Below are positions 24,697 to 38,809 of a DNA stretch of 64,000 bases, in pieces. This DNA comes from Auanema rhodensis. Lineage: Eukaryota > Animalia > Nematoda. The translations under genes were made by a program, and so were the position numbers. The DNA is taken from the NCBI GenBank assembly GCA_964057225.1, contig OZ059894.1:10292001-10356000 (forward strand), written 5' to 3'. Below the pieces are notes generated by a model. It ran no database searches and had not been told where the DNA came from. It saw only the letters and a program-made list of their open reading frames with translations. Each line of letters opens with the position of its first letter. Position 1 is the first letter of the stretch.

Positions 24697-27600
24697 TTGT
24701 TTATGTACCACCTTGTCTTCTGCTCTGGAACTTGTGTAACCCTGGATGCCAGAAATCCAAATGAACATACAAGAGTAAGCTGAACCTGAGTATAATTTTT
24801 TTCTTCATGGTAATGGAGCTGGGAAATAAAGAAGACAGGATCAGATCAGAACATCGAAATATAAATCTTGATACTCTTGCGAGTAAGCTAGTATTGCCTA
24901 ATCTTGTTTCATTGTTTATGTACCACCTTGTCTTCTACTTTGAAACATGTGTAGCCCCGGATGCCAGAGATCTAAATGAACATACAAGAGTAAGCTGAAC
25001 CTAAATATAATTTTTTAACTTCATGGTAATGGAGCTGGGAAATGAAGAAGACAGGATCAGATCAGAACATCGAAATATAAATCTTGATACTCTTGCGAGT
25101 AAGCTAGTATTGCCTAATCTTGTTCCATTGTTTATGTACCACCTTGTCTTCTACTTTGAAACATGTGTAGCCCCGGATGCCAGAGATCTAAATGAACATA
25201 CAAGAGTAAGCTGAACCTAAATATAATTTTTTCCTTCATGGTAATGGAGCTGGGAAATGAAGAAGACAGGATCAGATCAGAACATCGAAATATAAATCTT
25301 GATACTCTTGCGAGTAAGCTAGTATTGCCTAATCTTGTTCCATTGTTTATGTACCACCTTGTCTTCTACTTTGAAACATGTGTAGCCCCGGATGCCAGAG
25401 ATCTAAATGAACATACAAGAGTAAGCTGAACCTAAATATAATTTTTTCCTTCATGGTAATGGAGCTGGGAAATGAAGAAGACAGGATCAGATCAGAACAT
25501 CGAAATATAAATCTTGATACTCTTGCGAGTAAGCTAGTATTGCCTAATCTTGTTCCATTGTTTATGTACCACCTTGTCTTCTACTTTGAAACATGTGTAA
25601 CCCCGGATGCCAGAGATCTAAATGAACATACAAGAGTAAGCTGAACCTAAATATAATTTTTTAACTTCATGGTAATGGAGCTGGGAAATGAAGAAGACAG
25701 GATCAAATCAGAACATCGAAATATAAATCTTGATACTCTTGCGAGTAAGCTAGTATTGCCTAATCTTGTTCCATTGTTTATGTACCACCTTGTCTTCTAC
25801 TTTGAAACATGTGTAACCCCGGATGCCAGAGATCTAAATGAACATACAAGAGTAAGCTGAACCTGAGTATAATTTTTTTCTTCATGGTAATGGAGCTGGG
25901 AAATGAAGAAGACAGGATCAGATCAGAACATCGAAATATAAATCTTGATACTCTTGCGAGTAAGCTAGTATTGCCTAATCTTGTTCCATTGTTTATGTAC
26001 CACCTTGTCTTCTACTTTGAAACATGTGTAACCCCGGATGCCAGAGATCCAAATGAACATACAAGAGTAAGCTGAACCTGAGTATAATTTTTTTCTTCAT
26101 GGTAATGGAGCTGGGAAATGAAGAAGACAGGATCAAATCAGAACATCGAAATATAAATCTTGATACTCTTGCGAGTAAGCTAGTATTGCCTAATCTTGTT
26201 CCATTGTTTATGTACCACCTTGTCTTCTACTTTGAAACATGTGTAACCCCGGATGCCAGAGATCTAAATGAACATACAAGAGTAAGCTGAACCTGAGTAT
26301 AATTTTTTTCTTCATGGTAATGGAGCTGGGAAATGAAGAAGACAGGATCAGATCAGAACATCGAAATATAAATATTGATACTCTTGCGAGTAAGCTAGTA
26401 TTGCCTAATCTTGTTCCATTGTTTATGTACCACCTTGTCTTCTACTTTGAAACATGTGTAACCCTGGATGCCAGAGATCCAAATGAACATACAAGAGTAA
26501 GCTGAACCTGAGTATAATTTTTTTCTTCATGGTAATGGAGCTGGGAAATGAAGAAGACAGGATCAGATCAGAACATCGAAATATAAATCTTGATACTCTT
26601 GCGAGTAAGCTAGTATTGCCTAATCTTGTTCCATTGTTTATGTACCACCTTGTCTTCTACTTTGAAACATGTGTAACCCCGGATGCCAGAGATCCAAATG
26701 AACATACAAGAGTAAGCTGAACCTGAGTATAATTTTTTAACTTCATGGTAATGGAGCTGGGAAATGAAGAAGACAGGATCAGATCAGAACATCGAAATAT
26801 AAATCTTGATACTCTTGCGAGTAAGCTAGTATTGCCTAATCTTGTTCCATTGTTTATGTACCACCTTGTCTTCTACTTTGAAACATGTGTAACCCCGGAT
26901 GCCAGAGATCCAAATGAACATACAAGAGTAAGCTGAACCTGAGTATAATTTTTTAACTTCATGGTAATGGAGCTGGGAAATGAAGAAGACAGGATCAGAT
27001 CAGAACATCGAAATATAAATCTTGATACTCTTGCGAGTAAGCTAGTATTGCCTAATCTTGTTTCATTGTTTATGTACCACCTTGTCTTCTACTTTGAAAC
27101 ATGTGTAGCCCCGGATGCCAGAGATCTAAATGAACATACAAGAGTAAGCTGAACCTAAATATAATTTTTTCCTTCATGGTAATGGAGCTGGGAAATGAAG
27201 AAGACAGGATCAGATCAGAACATCGAAATATAAATCTTGATACTCTTGCGAGTAAGCTAGTATTGCCTAATCTTGTTCCATTGTTTATGTACCACCTTGT
27301 CTTCTACTTTGAAACATGTGTAACCCCGGATGCCAGAGATCTAAATGAACATACAAGAGTAAGCTGAACCTAAATATAATTTTTTAACTTCATGGTAATG
27401 GAGCTGGGAAATGAAGAAGACAGGATCAAATCAGAACATCGAAATATAAATCTTGATACTCTTGCGAGTAAGCTAGTATTGCCTAATCTTGTTCCATTGT
27501 TTATGTACCACCTTGTCTTCTACTTTGAAACATGTGTAACCCCGGATGCCAGAGATCTAAATGAACATACAAGAGTAAGCTGAACCTGAGTATAATTTTT

Positions 27601-30600
27601 TTCTTCATGGTAATGGAGCTGGGAAATGAAGAAGACAGGATCAGATCAGAACATCGAAATATAAATCTTGATACTCTTGCGAGTAAGCTAGTATTGCCTA
27701 ATCTTGTTCCATTGTTTATGTACCACCTTGTCTTCTACTTTGAAACATGTGTAACCCTGGATGCCAGAGATCCAAATGAACATACAAGAGTAAGCTGAAC
27801 CTGAGTATAATTTTTTTCTTCATGGTAATGGAGCTGGGAAATGAAGAAGACAGGATCAGATCAGAACATCGAAATATAAATCTTGATACTCTTGCGAGTA
27901 AGCTAGTATTGCCTAATCTTGTTCCATTGTTTATGTACCACCTTGTCTTCTACTTTGAAACATGTGTAACCCCGGATGCCAGAGATCCAAATGAACATAC
28001 AAGAGTAAGCTGAACCTGAGTATAATTTTTTTCTTCATGGTAATGGAGCTGGGAAATGAAGAAGACAGGATCAAATCAGAACATCGAAATATAAATCTTG
28101 ATACTCTTGCGAGTAAGCTAGTATTGCCTAATCTTGTTCCATTGTTTATGTACCACCTTGTCTTCTACTTTGAAACATGTGTAACCCCGGATGCCAGAGA
28201 TCTAAATGAACATACAAGAGTAAGCTGAACCTGAGTATAATTTTTTTCTTCATGGTAATGGAGCTGGGAAATGAAGAAGACAGGATCAGATCAGAACATC
28301 GAAATATAAATCTTGATACTCTTGCGAGTAAGCTAGTATTGCCTAATCTTGTTCCATTGTTTATGTACCACCTTGTCTTCTACTTTGAAACATGTGTAAC
28401 CCTGGATGCCAGAGATCCAAATGAACATACAAGAGTAAGCTGAACCTGAGTATAATTTTTTTCTTCATGGTAATGGAGCTGGGAAATGAAGAAGACAGGA
28501 TCAGATCAGAACATCGAAATATAAATCTTGATACTCTTGCGAGTAAGCTAGTATTGCCTAATCTTGTTCCATTGTTTATGTACCACCTTGTCTTCTACTT
28601 TGAAACATGTGTAACCCCGGATGCCAGAGATCCAAATGAACATACAAGAGTAAGCTGAACCTGAGTATAATTTTTTAACTTCATGGTAATGGAGCTGGGA
28701 AATGAAGAAGACAGGATCAGATCAGAACATCGAAATATAAATCTTGATACTCTTGCGAGTAAGCTAGTATTGCCTAATCTTGTTCCATTGTTTATGTACC
28801 ACCTTGTCTTCTACTTTGAAACATGTGTAGCCCCGGATGCCAGAGATCTAAATGAACATACAAGAGTAAGCTGAACCTAAATATAATTTTTTCCTTCATG
28901 GTAATGGAGCTGGGAAATGAAGAAGACAGGATCAGATCAGAACATCGAAATATAAATCTTGATACTCTTGCGAGTAAGCTAGTATTGCCTAATCTTGTTC
29001 CATTGTTTATGTACCACCTTGTCTTCTACTTTGAAACATGTGTAGCCCCGGATGCCAGAGATCTAAATGAACATACAAGAGTAAGCTGAACCTAAATATA
29101 ATTTTTTCCTTCATGGTAATGGAGCTGGGAAATGAAGAAGACAGGATCAGATCAGAACATCGAAATATAAATCTTGATACTCTTGCGAGTAAGCTAGTAT
29201 TGCCTAATCTTGTTCCATTGTTTATGTACCACCTTGTCTTCTACTTTGAAACATGTGTAACCCCGGATGCCAGAGATCTAAATGAACATACAAGAGTAAG
29301 CTGAACCTAAATATAATTTTTTAACTTCATGGTAATGGAGCTGGGAAATGAAGAAGACAGGATCAAATCAGAACATCGAAATATAAATCTTGATACTCTT
29401 GCGAGTAAGCTAGTATTGCCTAATCTTGTTCCATTGTTTATGTACCACCTTGTCTTCTACTTTGAAACATGTGTAACCCCGGATGCCAGAGATCTAAATG
29501 AACATACAAGAGTAAGCTGAACCTGAGTATAATTTTTTTCTTCATGGTAATGGAGCTGGGAAATGAAGAAGACAGGATCAGATCAGAACATCGAAATATA
29601 AATCTTGATACTCTTGCGAGTAAGCTAGTATTGCCTAATCTTGTTCCATTGTTTATGTACCACCTTGTCTTCTACTTTGAAACATGTGTAACCCCGGATG
29701 CCAGAGATCCAAATGAACATACAAGAGTAAGCTGAACCTGAGTATAATTTTTTTCTTCATGGTAATGGAGCTGGGAAATGAAGAAGACAGGATCAAATCA
29801 GAACATCGAAATATAAATCTTGATACTCTTGCGAGTAAGCTAGTATTGCCTAATCTTGTTCCATTGTTTATGTACCACCTTGTCTTCTACTTTGAAACAT
29901 GTGTAACCCCGGATGCCAGAGATCTAAATGAACATACAAGAGTAAGCTGAACCTGAGTATAATTTTTTTCTTCATGGTAATGGAGCTGGGAAATGAAGAA
30001 GACAGGATCAGATCAGAACATCGAAATATAAATATTGATACTCTTGCGAGTAAGCTAGTATTGCCTAATCTTGTTCCATTGTTTATGTACCACCTTGTCT
30101 TCTACTTTGAAACATGTGTAACCCTGGATGCCAGAGATCCAAATGAACATACAAGAGTAAGCTGAACCTGAGTATAATTTTTTTCTTCATGGTAATGGAG
30201 CTGGGAAATGAAGAAGACAGGATCAGATCAGAACATCGAAATATAAATCTTGATACTCTTGCGAGTAAGCTAGTATTGCCTAATCTTGTTCCATTGTTTA
30301 TGTACCACCTTGTCTTCTACTTTGAAACATGTGTAACCCCGGATGCCAGAGATCCAAATGAACATACAAGAGTAAGCTGAACCTGAGTATAATTTTTTTC
30401 TTCATGGTAATGGAGCTGGGAAATGAAGAAGACAGGATCAGATCAGAACATCGAAATATAAATCTTGATACTCTTGCGAGTAAGCTAGTATTGCCTAATC
30501 TTGTTCCATTGTTTATGTACCACCTTGTCTTCTACTTTGAAACATGTGTAACCCTGGATGCCAGAGATCCAAATGAACATACAAGAGTAAGCTGAACCTG

Positions 30601-33600
30601 AGTATAATTTTTTTCTTCATGGTAATGGAGCTGGGAAATGAAGAAGACAGGATCAGATCAGAACATCGAAATATAAATCTTGATACTCTTGCGAGTAAGC
30701 TAGTATTGCCTAATCTTGTTCCATTGTTTATGTACCACCTTGTCTTCTACTTTGAAACATGTGTAACCCTGGATGCCAGAGATCCAAATGAACATACAAG
30801 AGTAAGCTGAACCTGAGTATAATTTTTTTCTTCATGGTAATGGAGCTGGGAAATGAAGAAGACAGGATCAGATCAGAACATCGAAATATAAATCTTGATA
30901 CTCTTGCGAGTAAGCTAGTATTGCCTAATCTTGTTCCATTGTTTATGTACCACCTTGTCTTCTACTTTGAAACATGTGTAACCCTGGATGCCAGAGATCC
31001 AAATGAACATACAAGAGTAAGCTGAACCTGAGTATAATTTTTTTCTTCATGGTAATGGAGCTGGGAAATGAAGAAGACAGGATCAGATCAGAACATCGAA
31101 ATATAAATCTTGATACTCTTGCGAGTAAGCTAGTATTGCCTAATCTTGTTTCATTGTTTATGTACCACCTTGTCTTCTACTTTGAAACATGTGTAGCCCC
31201 GGATGCCAGAGATCTAAATGAACATACAAGAGTAAGCTGAACCTAAATATAATTTTTTCCTTCATGGTAATGGAGCTGGGAAATGAAGAAGACAGGATCA
31301 GATCAGAACATCGAAATATAAATCTTGATACTCTTGCGAGTAAGCTAGTATTGCCTAATCTTGTTCCATTGTTTATGTACCACCTTGTCTTCTACTTTGA
31401 AACATGTGTAACCCCGGATGCCAGAGATCTAAATGAACATACAAGAGTAAGCTGAACCTAAATATAATTTTTTAACTTCATGGTAATGGAGCTGGGAAAT
31501 GAAGAAGACAGGATCAAATCAGAACATCGAAATATAAATCTTGATACTCTTGCGAGTAAGCTAGTATTGCCTAATCTTGTTCCATTGTTTATGTACCACC
31601 TTGTCTTCTACTTTGAAACATGTGTAACCCTGGATGCCAGAGATCCAAATGAACATACAAGAGTAAGCTGAACCTGAGTATAATTTTTTTCTTCATGGTA
31701 ATGGAGCTGGGAAATGAAGAAGACAGGATCAGATCAGAACATCGAAATATAAATCTTGATACTCTTGCGAGTAAGCTAGTATTGCCTAATCTTGTTCCAT
31801 TGTTTATGTACCACCTTGTCTTCTACTTTGAAACATGTGTAACCCTGGATGCCAGAGATCCAAATGAACATACAAGAGTAAGCTGAACCTGAGTATAATT
31901 TTTTTCTTCATGGTAATGGAGCTGGGAAATGAAGAAGACAGGATCAGATCAGAACATCGAAATATAAATCTTGATACTCTTGCGAGTAAGCTAGTATTGC
32001 CTAATCTTGTTCCATTGTTTATGTACCACCTTGTCTTCTACTTTGAAACATGTGTAACCCTGGATGCCAGAGATCCAAATGAACATACAAGAGTAAGCTG
32101 AACCTGAGTATAGTTTTTTAACTTCATGGTAATGGAGCTGGGAAATGAAGAAGACAGGATCAGATCAGAACATCGAAATATAAATCTTGATACTCTTGCG
32201 AGTAAGCTAGTATTGCCTAATCTTGTTCCATTGTTTATGTACCACCTTGTCTTCTACTTTGAAACATGTGTAACCCTGGATGCCAGAGATCCAAATGAAC
32301 ATACAAGAGTAAGCTGAACCTGAGTATAGTTTTTTAACTTCATGGTAATGGAGCTGGGAAATGAAGAAGACAGGATCAGATCAGAACATCGAAATATAAA
32401 TCTTGATACTCTTGCGAGTAAGCTAGTATTGCCTAATCTTGTTCCATTGTTTATGTACCACCTTGTCTTCTACTTTGAAACATGTGTAACCCTGGATGCC
32501 AGAGATCCAAATGAACATACAAGAGTAAGCTGAACCTGAGTATAATTTTTTAACTTCATGGTAATGGAGCTGGGAAATGAAGAAGATAGGATCAGATCAG
32601 AACATCGAAATATAAATCTTGATACTCTTGCGAGTAAGCTAGTATTGCCTAATCTTGTTCCATTGTTTATGTACCACCTTGTCTTCTACTTTGAAACATG
32701 TGTAACCCCGGATGCCAGAGATCCAAATGAACATACAAGAGTAAGCTGAACCTGAGTATAATTTTTTAACTTCATGGTAATGGAGCTGGGAAATGAAGAA
32801 GACAGGATCAGATCAGAACATCGAAATATAAATCTTGATACTCTTGCGAGTAAGCTAGTATTGCCTAATCTTGTTCCATTGTTTATGTACCACCTTGTCT
32901 TCTACTTTGAAACATGTGTAACCCCGGATGCCAGAGATCCAAATGAACATACAAGAGTAAGCTGAACCTGAGTATAATTTTTTAACTTCATGGTAATGGA
33001 GCTGGGAAATGAAGAAGACAGGATCAGATCAGAACATCGAAATATAAATCTTGATACTCTTGCGAGTAAGCTAGTATTGCCTAATCTTGTTCCATTGTTT
33101 ATGTACCACCTTGTCTTCTACTTTGAAACATGTGTAACCCTGGATGCCAGAGATCCAAATGAACATACAAGAGTAAGCTGAACCTGAGTATAATTTTTTT
33201 CTTCATGGTAATGGAGCTGGGAAATGAAGAAGACAGGATCAGATCAGAACATCGAAATATAAATCTTGATACTCTTGCGAGTAAGCTAGTATTGCCTAAT
33301 CTTGTTCCATTGTTTATGTACCACCTTGTCTTCTACTTTGAAACATGTGTAACCCTGGATGCCAGAGATCCAAATGAACATACAAGAGTAAGCTGAACCT
33401 GAGTATAATTTTTTAACTTCATGGTAATGGAGCTGGGAAATGAAGAAGACAGGATCAGATCAGAACATCGAAATATAAATCTTGATACTCTTGCGAGTAA
33501 GCTAGTATTGCCTAATCTTGTTCCATTGTTTATGTACCACCTTGTCTTCTACTTTGAAACATGTGTAACCCTGGATGCCAGAGATCCAAATGAACATACA

Positions 33601-34346
33601 AGAGTAAGCTGAACCTGAGTATAATTTTTTTCTTCATGGTAATGGAGCTGGGAAATGAAGAAGACAGGATCAGATCAGAACATCGAAATATAAATCTTGA
33701 TACTCTTGCGAGTAAGCTAGTATTGCCTAATCTTGTTCCATTGTTTATGTACCACCTTGTCTTCTACTTTGAAACATGTGTAACCCCGGATGCCAGAGAT
33801 CCAAATGAACATACAAGAGTAAGCTGAACCTGAGTATAATTTTTTAACTTCATGGTAATGGAGCTGGGAAATGAAGAAGACAGGATCAGATCAGAACATC
33901 GAAATATAAATCTTGATACTCTTGCGAGTAAGCTAGTATTGCCTAATCTTGTTCCATTGTTTATGTACCACCTTGTCTTCTACTTTGAAACATGTGTAAC
34001 CCCGGATGCCAGAGATCCAAATGAACATACAAGAGTAAGCTGAACCTGAGTATAATTTTTTAACTTCATGGTAATGGAGCTGGGAAATGAAGAAGACAGG
34101 ATCAGATCAGAACATCGAAATATAAATCTTGATACTCTTGCGAGTAAGCTAGTATTGCCTAATCTTGTTCCATTGTTTATGTACCACCTTGTCTTCTACT
34201 TTGAAACATGTGTAACCCCGGATGCCAGAGATCCAAATGAACATACAAGAGTAAGCTGAACCTGAGTATAATTTTTTAACTTCATGGTAATGGAGCTGGG
34301 AAATGAAGAAGACCTGATCAGATCAGATCATCGAAATATAAATCTT
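24697..34346. repeat. Tandem satellite array, 215/216-bp monomer, ~45 copies (~9.6 kb), near-identical copies
   Basis: 44 complete copies are marked by the recurring 63-codon ORF (24807 to 34068), plus degenerate partial copies at both edges; variants are a few SNPs and a 1-nt indel next to the T-run. Confidence 0.98.
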
Positions 34347-34531
34347 TTTTGAGTATGAACCGGAACGCAGTTGATAGTGGTGTGGACTACTGTAGACGAT
34401 ATTTTACTTAACGTAGGTATTATAATTTATTTTATATTATATTGTTGCTATTTCAGTTGCATTCATGTTTATTGTGTACGACAGTTATAATAAAATCTTT
34501 ATTCAATTTATCTTTGTTCATGATAAATAAG

Positions 34532-36367
34532 CTAAACACGTTGTGTAGATAGTTGCTTCACAATTAAATCCTTGAATTTGAAAAAAAAAGTTTGTAAAAT
34601 TTAAGCAATATTACCTTAAGAGGTGTCAACCTATTGAAGCCTGCAAGACCCAACGACCTCAACATCACAAGTGGTGTAAAATCAGTTCTATTTCAATTGA
34701 ATGACTTTGTTAATTTTTAAAAAAAAACCTGTATAATCGATTAAGCCAGTCAATAGATACCATAACAGGTACATTATGCCTTTGCGCAATGGTATCGTAT
34801 TCGGACAAGTAGGTTTGTAATCCTAAATTGTTTTGAAAATTAGATGACGGAATTTCAATCAATAAACCCCAGTCTGCTCCTTCATTATTGGCTTTTTCCA
34901 TAACTTTCGCCAGTATTGTTACATCACTCCATCCCAGATTAACACCTTGTCCTGCAAGTGGATGAACTCTATGAGCAGCATCACCGACAAGAGCAGCCCT
35001 TGTAGTAATGTAACTTAAATGCATACATAAAATATCAAAAAACGATTAGAGCACCTCTTAGCGTGCCCAAAACCGAGTGGGAAAGCTGCTCTAGTGTCAG
35101 ACTGTAGTGATAGAATTTGGGGAGGTATTCCTCTATTTTGTTCCCAAGTAGTCGGACAAGCTCGAGAAAGTATAAAGAGGGTTTGGTTAACAAGGGGATT
35201 TTGATCTTCTTCCGTGAACTAAAGCGGAATAAGAATAAAATTAGAGAGATGTAAAACTACCAATGCACGGTTAAGCTCATCGATGAACTCATCGGGCGAA
35301 ATGGATGTGAGTCGCTTAGCTTCTTCCGAACTTGTTGTCCAAACCAAGGATGAAACAGTGTCAGACAGTGGTAAAAGAGCAATCGGACCTAATTTAGAAA
35401 ATCGTTGCCAAGCAATATCATTAGTGGTTCCCTGAAAATACTTCTAAACTAAAAGATTATGTAGTGAATCTACTTCAATATTCAATGTTGCTACAACTCC
35501 TGCTTGCTCGTAATTCCAACCAGTGTAGTCAACATCCATAGCTTCTCGGACTTTAGATTTGAATCCATCAGCACCAATCTATGGTAAGTATTACTCGTTG
35601 ATATACTGTAACGACGCTTGCTATACCACTAAAGAAGTTAGAACTTTTTCTCCATCAGCTAATTCTACACTAGAAATATCGTGACTGTTATGCTGAGATG
35701 GCAACCTGAATTTAGTTTATTTTTGTATATATCCGAAGTATAATTAGCAACCTGCATTGCTTGACAGAAGCTCCTGTCCTAACTTCAACTGAATTCAAGG
35801 TTTGCAGTCTATCGAATAACGCGCCAACTATAGCATCATTCTCAATAATATAAGCAATTTCTTAAGAAAACTTGATTATGAGCATTGAAATAAGAAAACT
35901 CTAAACAACCTTTATGTCTATCAGGCTGATCAAATGAAATTTCCGCAGTTGAACAACTATCCAAAACATGGAGTTCAGATACTTTTTTAACTCTATATTT
36001 CTCTAATTGTTTCCATATATCAAGACCTAAATTGTGAATTACTGGTAACGCTGTGTAGATGTATAACACAAACTTTTAAACAATTCTATAGAGGCAGGAC
36101 TAACTGCTGATACACGGTTACTATGATATTCTGGAGTTTTCTTTGGTAAGCCACGTGGATGGCCACCTTCTAACAGAAGAATTTTTTTTTTTGACAAATT
36201 AGGATTTGATCCTATACATATTAAATAACTTAAATACTACTTGTTGTATTAATACCTAATGCACAAGCAAGAGCATTTCCAACCATTCCACCCCCAACTA
36301 TAACAGCGTCATAATAGGAAGAACATCGAATTTGATTTTTACAAGGCAAACCTTTTGCCAAAAGCAT
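34532..36367 (-). CDS. coq-6: Ubiquinone biosynthesis FAD-dependent monooxygenase COQ6
   Basis: [19 protein letters not shown] (Rossmann), [40 protein letters not shown]; multi-exon; acceptor directly before ATG 36367; TAG at 34532. Confidence 0.95.
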
Positions 36368-37196
36368 CTACAAATTTTTGTCTTGGATTATGATTTCATA
36401 GTACAGGCAACGTTTTAAGGATTCAGCCCTAATAATAAATAAATATTAATAAGAGATAGTAAATTTTATTAAAACTATAATTCTGAAGTAAAATCATGAC
36501 AAGTTTTGAGCAACATCAATATGACAACCTAATATATATTTATATGTATTTATAAAAGAGACTAGTAATACTTATACTATATTTAAGAAGAAAAAAAACA
36601 TTTGGACCATCACTTTCACGAATTTTCATTTTCATGACCAGGACCTTGAAAGATTTCGGCAAATTTGAAGAGAAATCATATGATCTTTGATAACTTCACA
36701 TAATAATTCATTTGGAATAAACATTGATTGAAAGATGAAACTTCTCTTCATATCCGAAATTTCCGAGCAGGTCATAGGACATAGAAGATTAAAAATACTG
36801 TAAATGAATATTTGGACCAACTTACAACCCGTAAGCTATGCAAAAAAAGGTCTGAAACTACCTGAGAAAATCTAAAACGAAATAAAATTAAGGAAAAGTA
36901 TGATCTAAACAACTGAAATATGATTCGAAGACTAACTCCCAACTTATTCAGCTCGCTTACGTTATCTAGTTCCCCCTGCGAATACTTTCTCAAGGGCCAA
37001 AGATAAGAACATATTATTTAAGTTGTACTGTAAGCAAGCATAGGTAATCGAGAATACTGGAGAATGTTTCGAAAGACAACCCCCAAACAGTTTAAAGAGA
37101 TGTTCTCTCTATATAATAATATTAAATCAGCTCTTAAAATAGATTCCGTTCTAAAGGTACAAAATATCCTAGCATCTATACTAATAACCAGTAGTT

Positions 37197-38383
37197 CTAA
37201 AAGCTGGGAGCTCCAACTAAGGTTCTTATCTTCTCATAGGAAACCCAAAAAGTTAGAGACCATGGAGCCATGCGAATATAGGACGGAAGAAATCCCTTAT
37301 ACAAAGAGAAAAACCCTTCATACTTCACTATTTTAACAAAACAGTCTATGCACCCATTGTATAGATGGACGTGGGTATTTTTCTTATGATCCCTGGAAAA
37401 AACAACAATTATTTCATGCTTCAAATTTCTACCCAACATTTTAGCATCTAGCTCATGTCTAATTTGATCCATAAGCCTTGTTTTGACAACATCAGATGGT
37501 AAGGACACTATAGCAGCAGCTAATCCGGCACATGATGAAGCCAAAGCATGTGTTACCCAATTATCCTTAATTTATCTTTCCCATTCCCTCTCTTTCAAAA
37601 AAAAATGAAATACCTTCATTGACCATTTATCAACGAAATGGTGCTTAGCGAAATCATATGTTGCTATATCTGCCATATTTAGTAAAGCTGCTCTTTGACA
37701 ATTTGGAATCCAGCCTAACCAAAGCCCAAAGAATCCTTGTGTTCTGTATAAACTTGTGAAACATTGCCAAGCTCCAGTATAACGTAGCGGCTGATTTTGT
37801 AGCTTTCGCAAACCTTCCATTTGCATTTGAACCTGTAAAGCACAGTTCTATAAATTGATTGTTTCTTCTGCACATGCCTTGATTAAATCAGTAGGACTTG
37901 CAGCAAATTGAGCAATGAGACCTGATATAGCTCCACATATCATTGATTTCCACATAGGAAAAGATTTTTCGGTCTTAAAATTCACATATAATTCCAAATA
38001 AGAAATCACACATACAGCTCTATCGTAAACAGAATCTCTAAGCAATTCATAAGCACCCATTCGAATTCCAGTATAAATATAGTGTCTGGTTATGGCAGGG
38101 CCAACTCCTGTCCATAAATTCATAGCTCCTTCTTTTCGAATAATATCATAAGTTACTTGGACCATTCCTATATTTAAAACATTCGTCGACAAAACGGTTA
38201 AGATATTTTATCACCTCCTTTTGTGTGTTTATTTTTAGCTATTTGCAGCCTTGTTTTTGTAATATCTAGAGGGTACGTAACAGTTTCAGCGACTAGAGCT
38301 GCACTACATGATAAAAAATATTTTGTAGTGATTTGTTGAAATCCGAAAACAGAATCATTCGAAGTTCCTACCCCCGCAGGCAT
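37197..38383 (-). CDS. ucp-4: Mitochondrial uncoupling protein 4 (SLC25A27-like carrier)
   Basis: Three carrier signatures (YPLDITKTRLQ, PTDLIKVQMQ, PSDVVKTRLM); GWIPNCQRAALLN; RMAPWSLTFWVSYEKIR; tttcag directly before ATG 38383. Confidence 0.95.
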
Positions 38384-38809
38384 CTGAAACACTACATTTA
38401 TGATATGTACATGATCATTAATCTATCGAAAGTCCAAGAAATAAGCGAAAACATATATTACAGCTTAACACTTGACTGAAGCAGGCATAATACCGTTTAA
38501 TTAAAAATAGGTACGCCAAAATGAGCTTCATCGCAGTTTCAAATGCGACCATAATTTGTGTTCTCACGATAATTTCTTAGAACAAGCAAGTTTAACTGTT
38601 TAGGTAAAGCATGCTTCTGCCTAGTTAATGCCCACATAACTAGATTAATAAAAAAAATAATACGCACTTTGTTTTCCAATACGGTTTATCCCCATGTTGA
38701 TCCTGCTTTTGTTTGTATTCTGATGCATAGTGTATCTGGTTGCCCAATTTCCTTATGCAATCCATGATCAGACGTAGTTTTAAGAATTATTTTCTAGGTA
38801 GAAGCCAAG

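Noticed and set aside
24380-24780. Traces resembling a non-LTR retrotransposon endonuclease (TWL, CESVIV...VYVPP) at the satellite edge, or an Ig-like motif on the minus strand
   Set aside because: Only 3-5 residue matches across stop-ridden frames; not supportable without a profile search.
24697-34346. Array as CRISPR, 5S/SL1 cluster or tRNA array
   Set aside because: No variable spacers, eukaryotic context, and no recognisable 5S, spliced-leader, Sm-site or tRNA A/B box sequence in the monomer.
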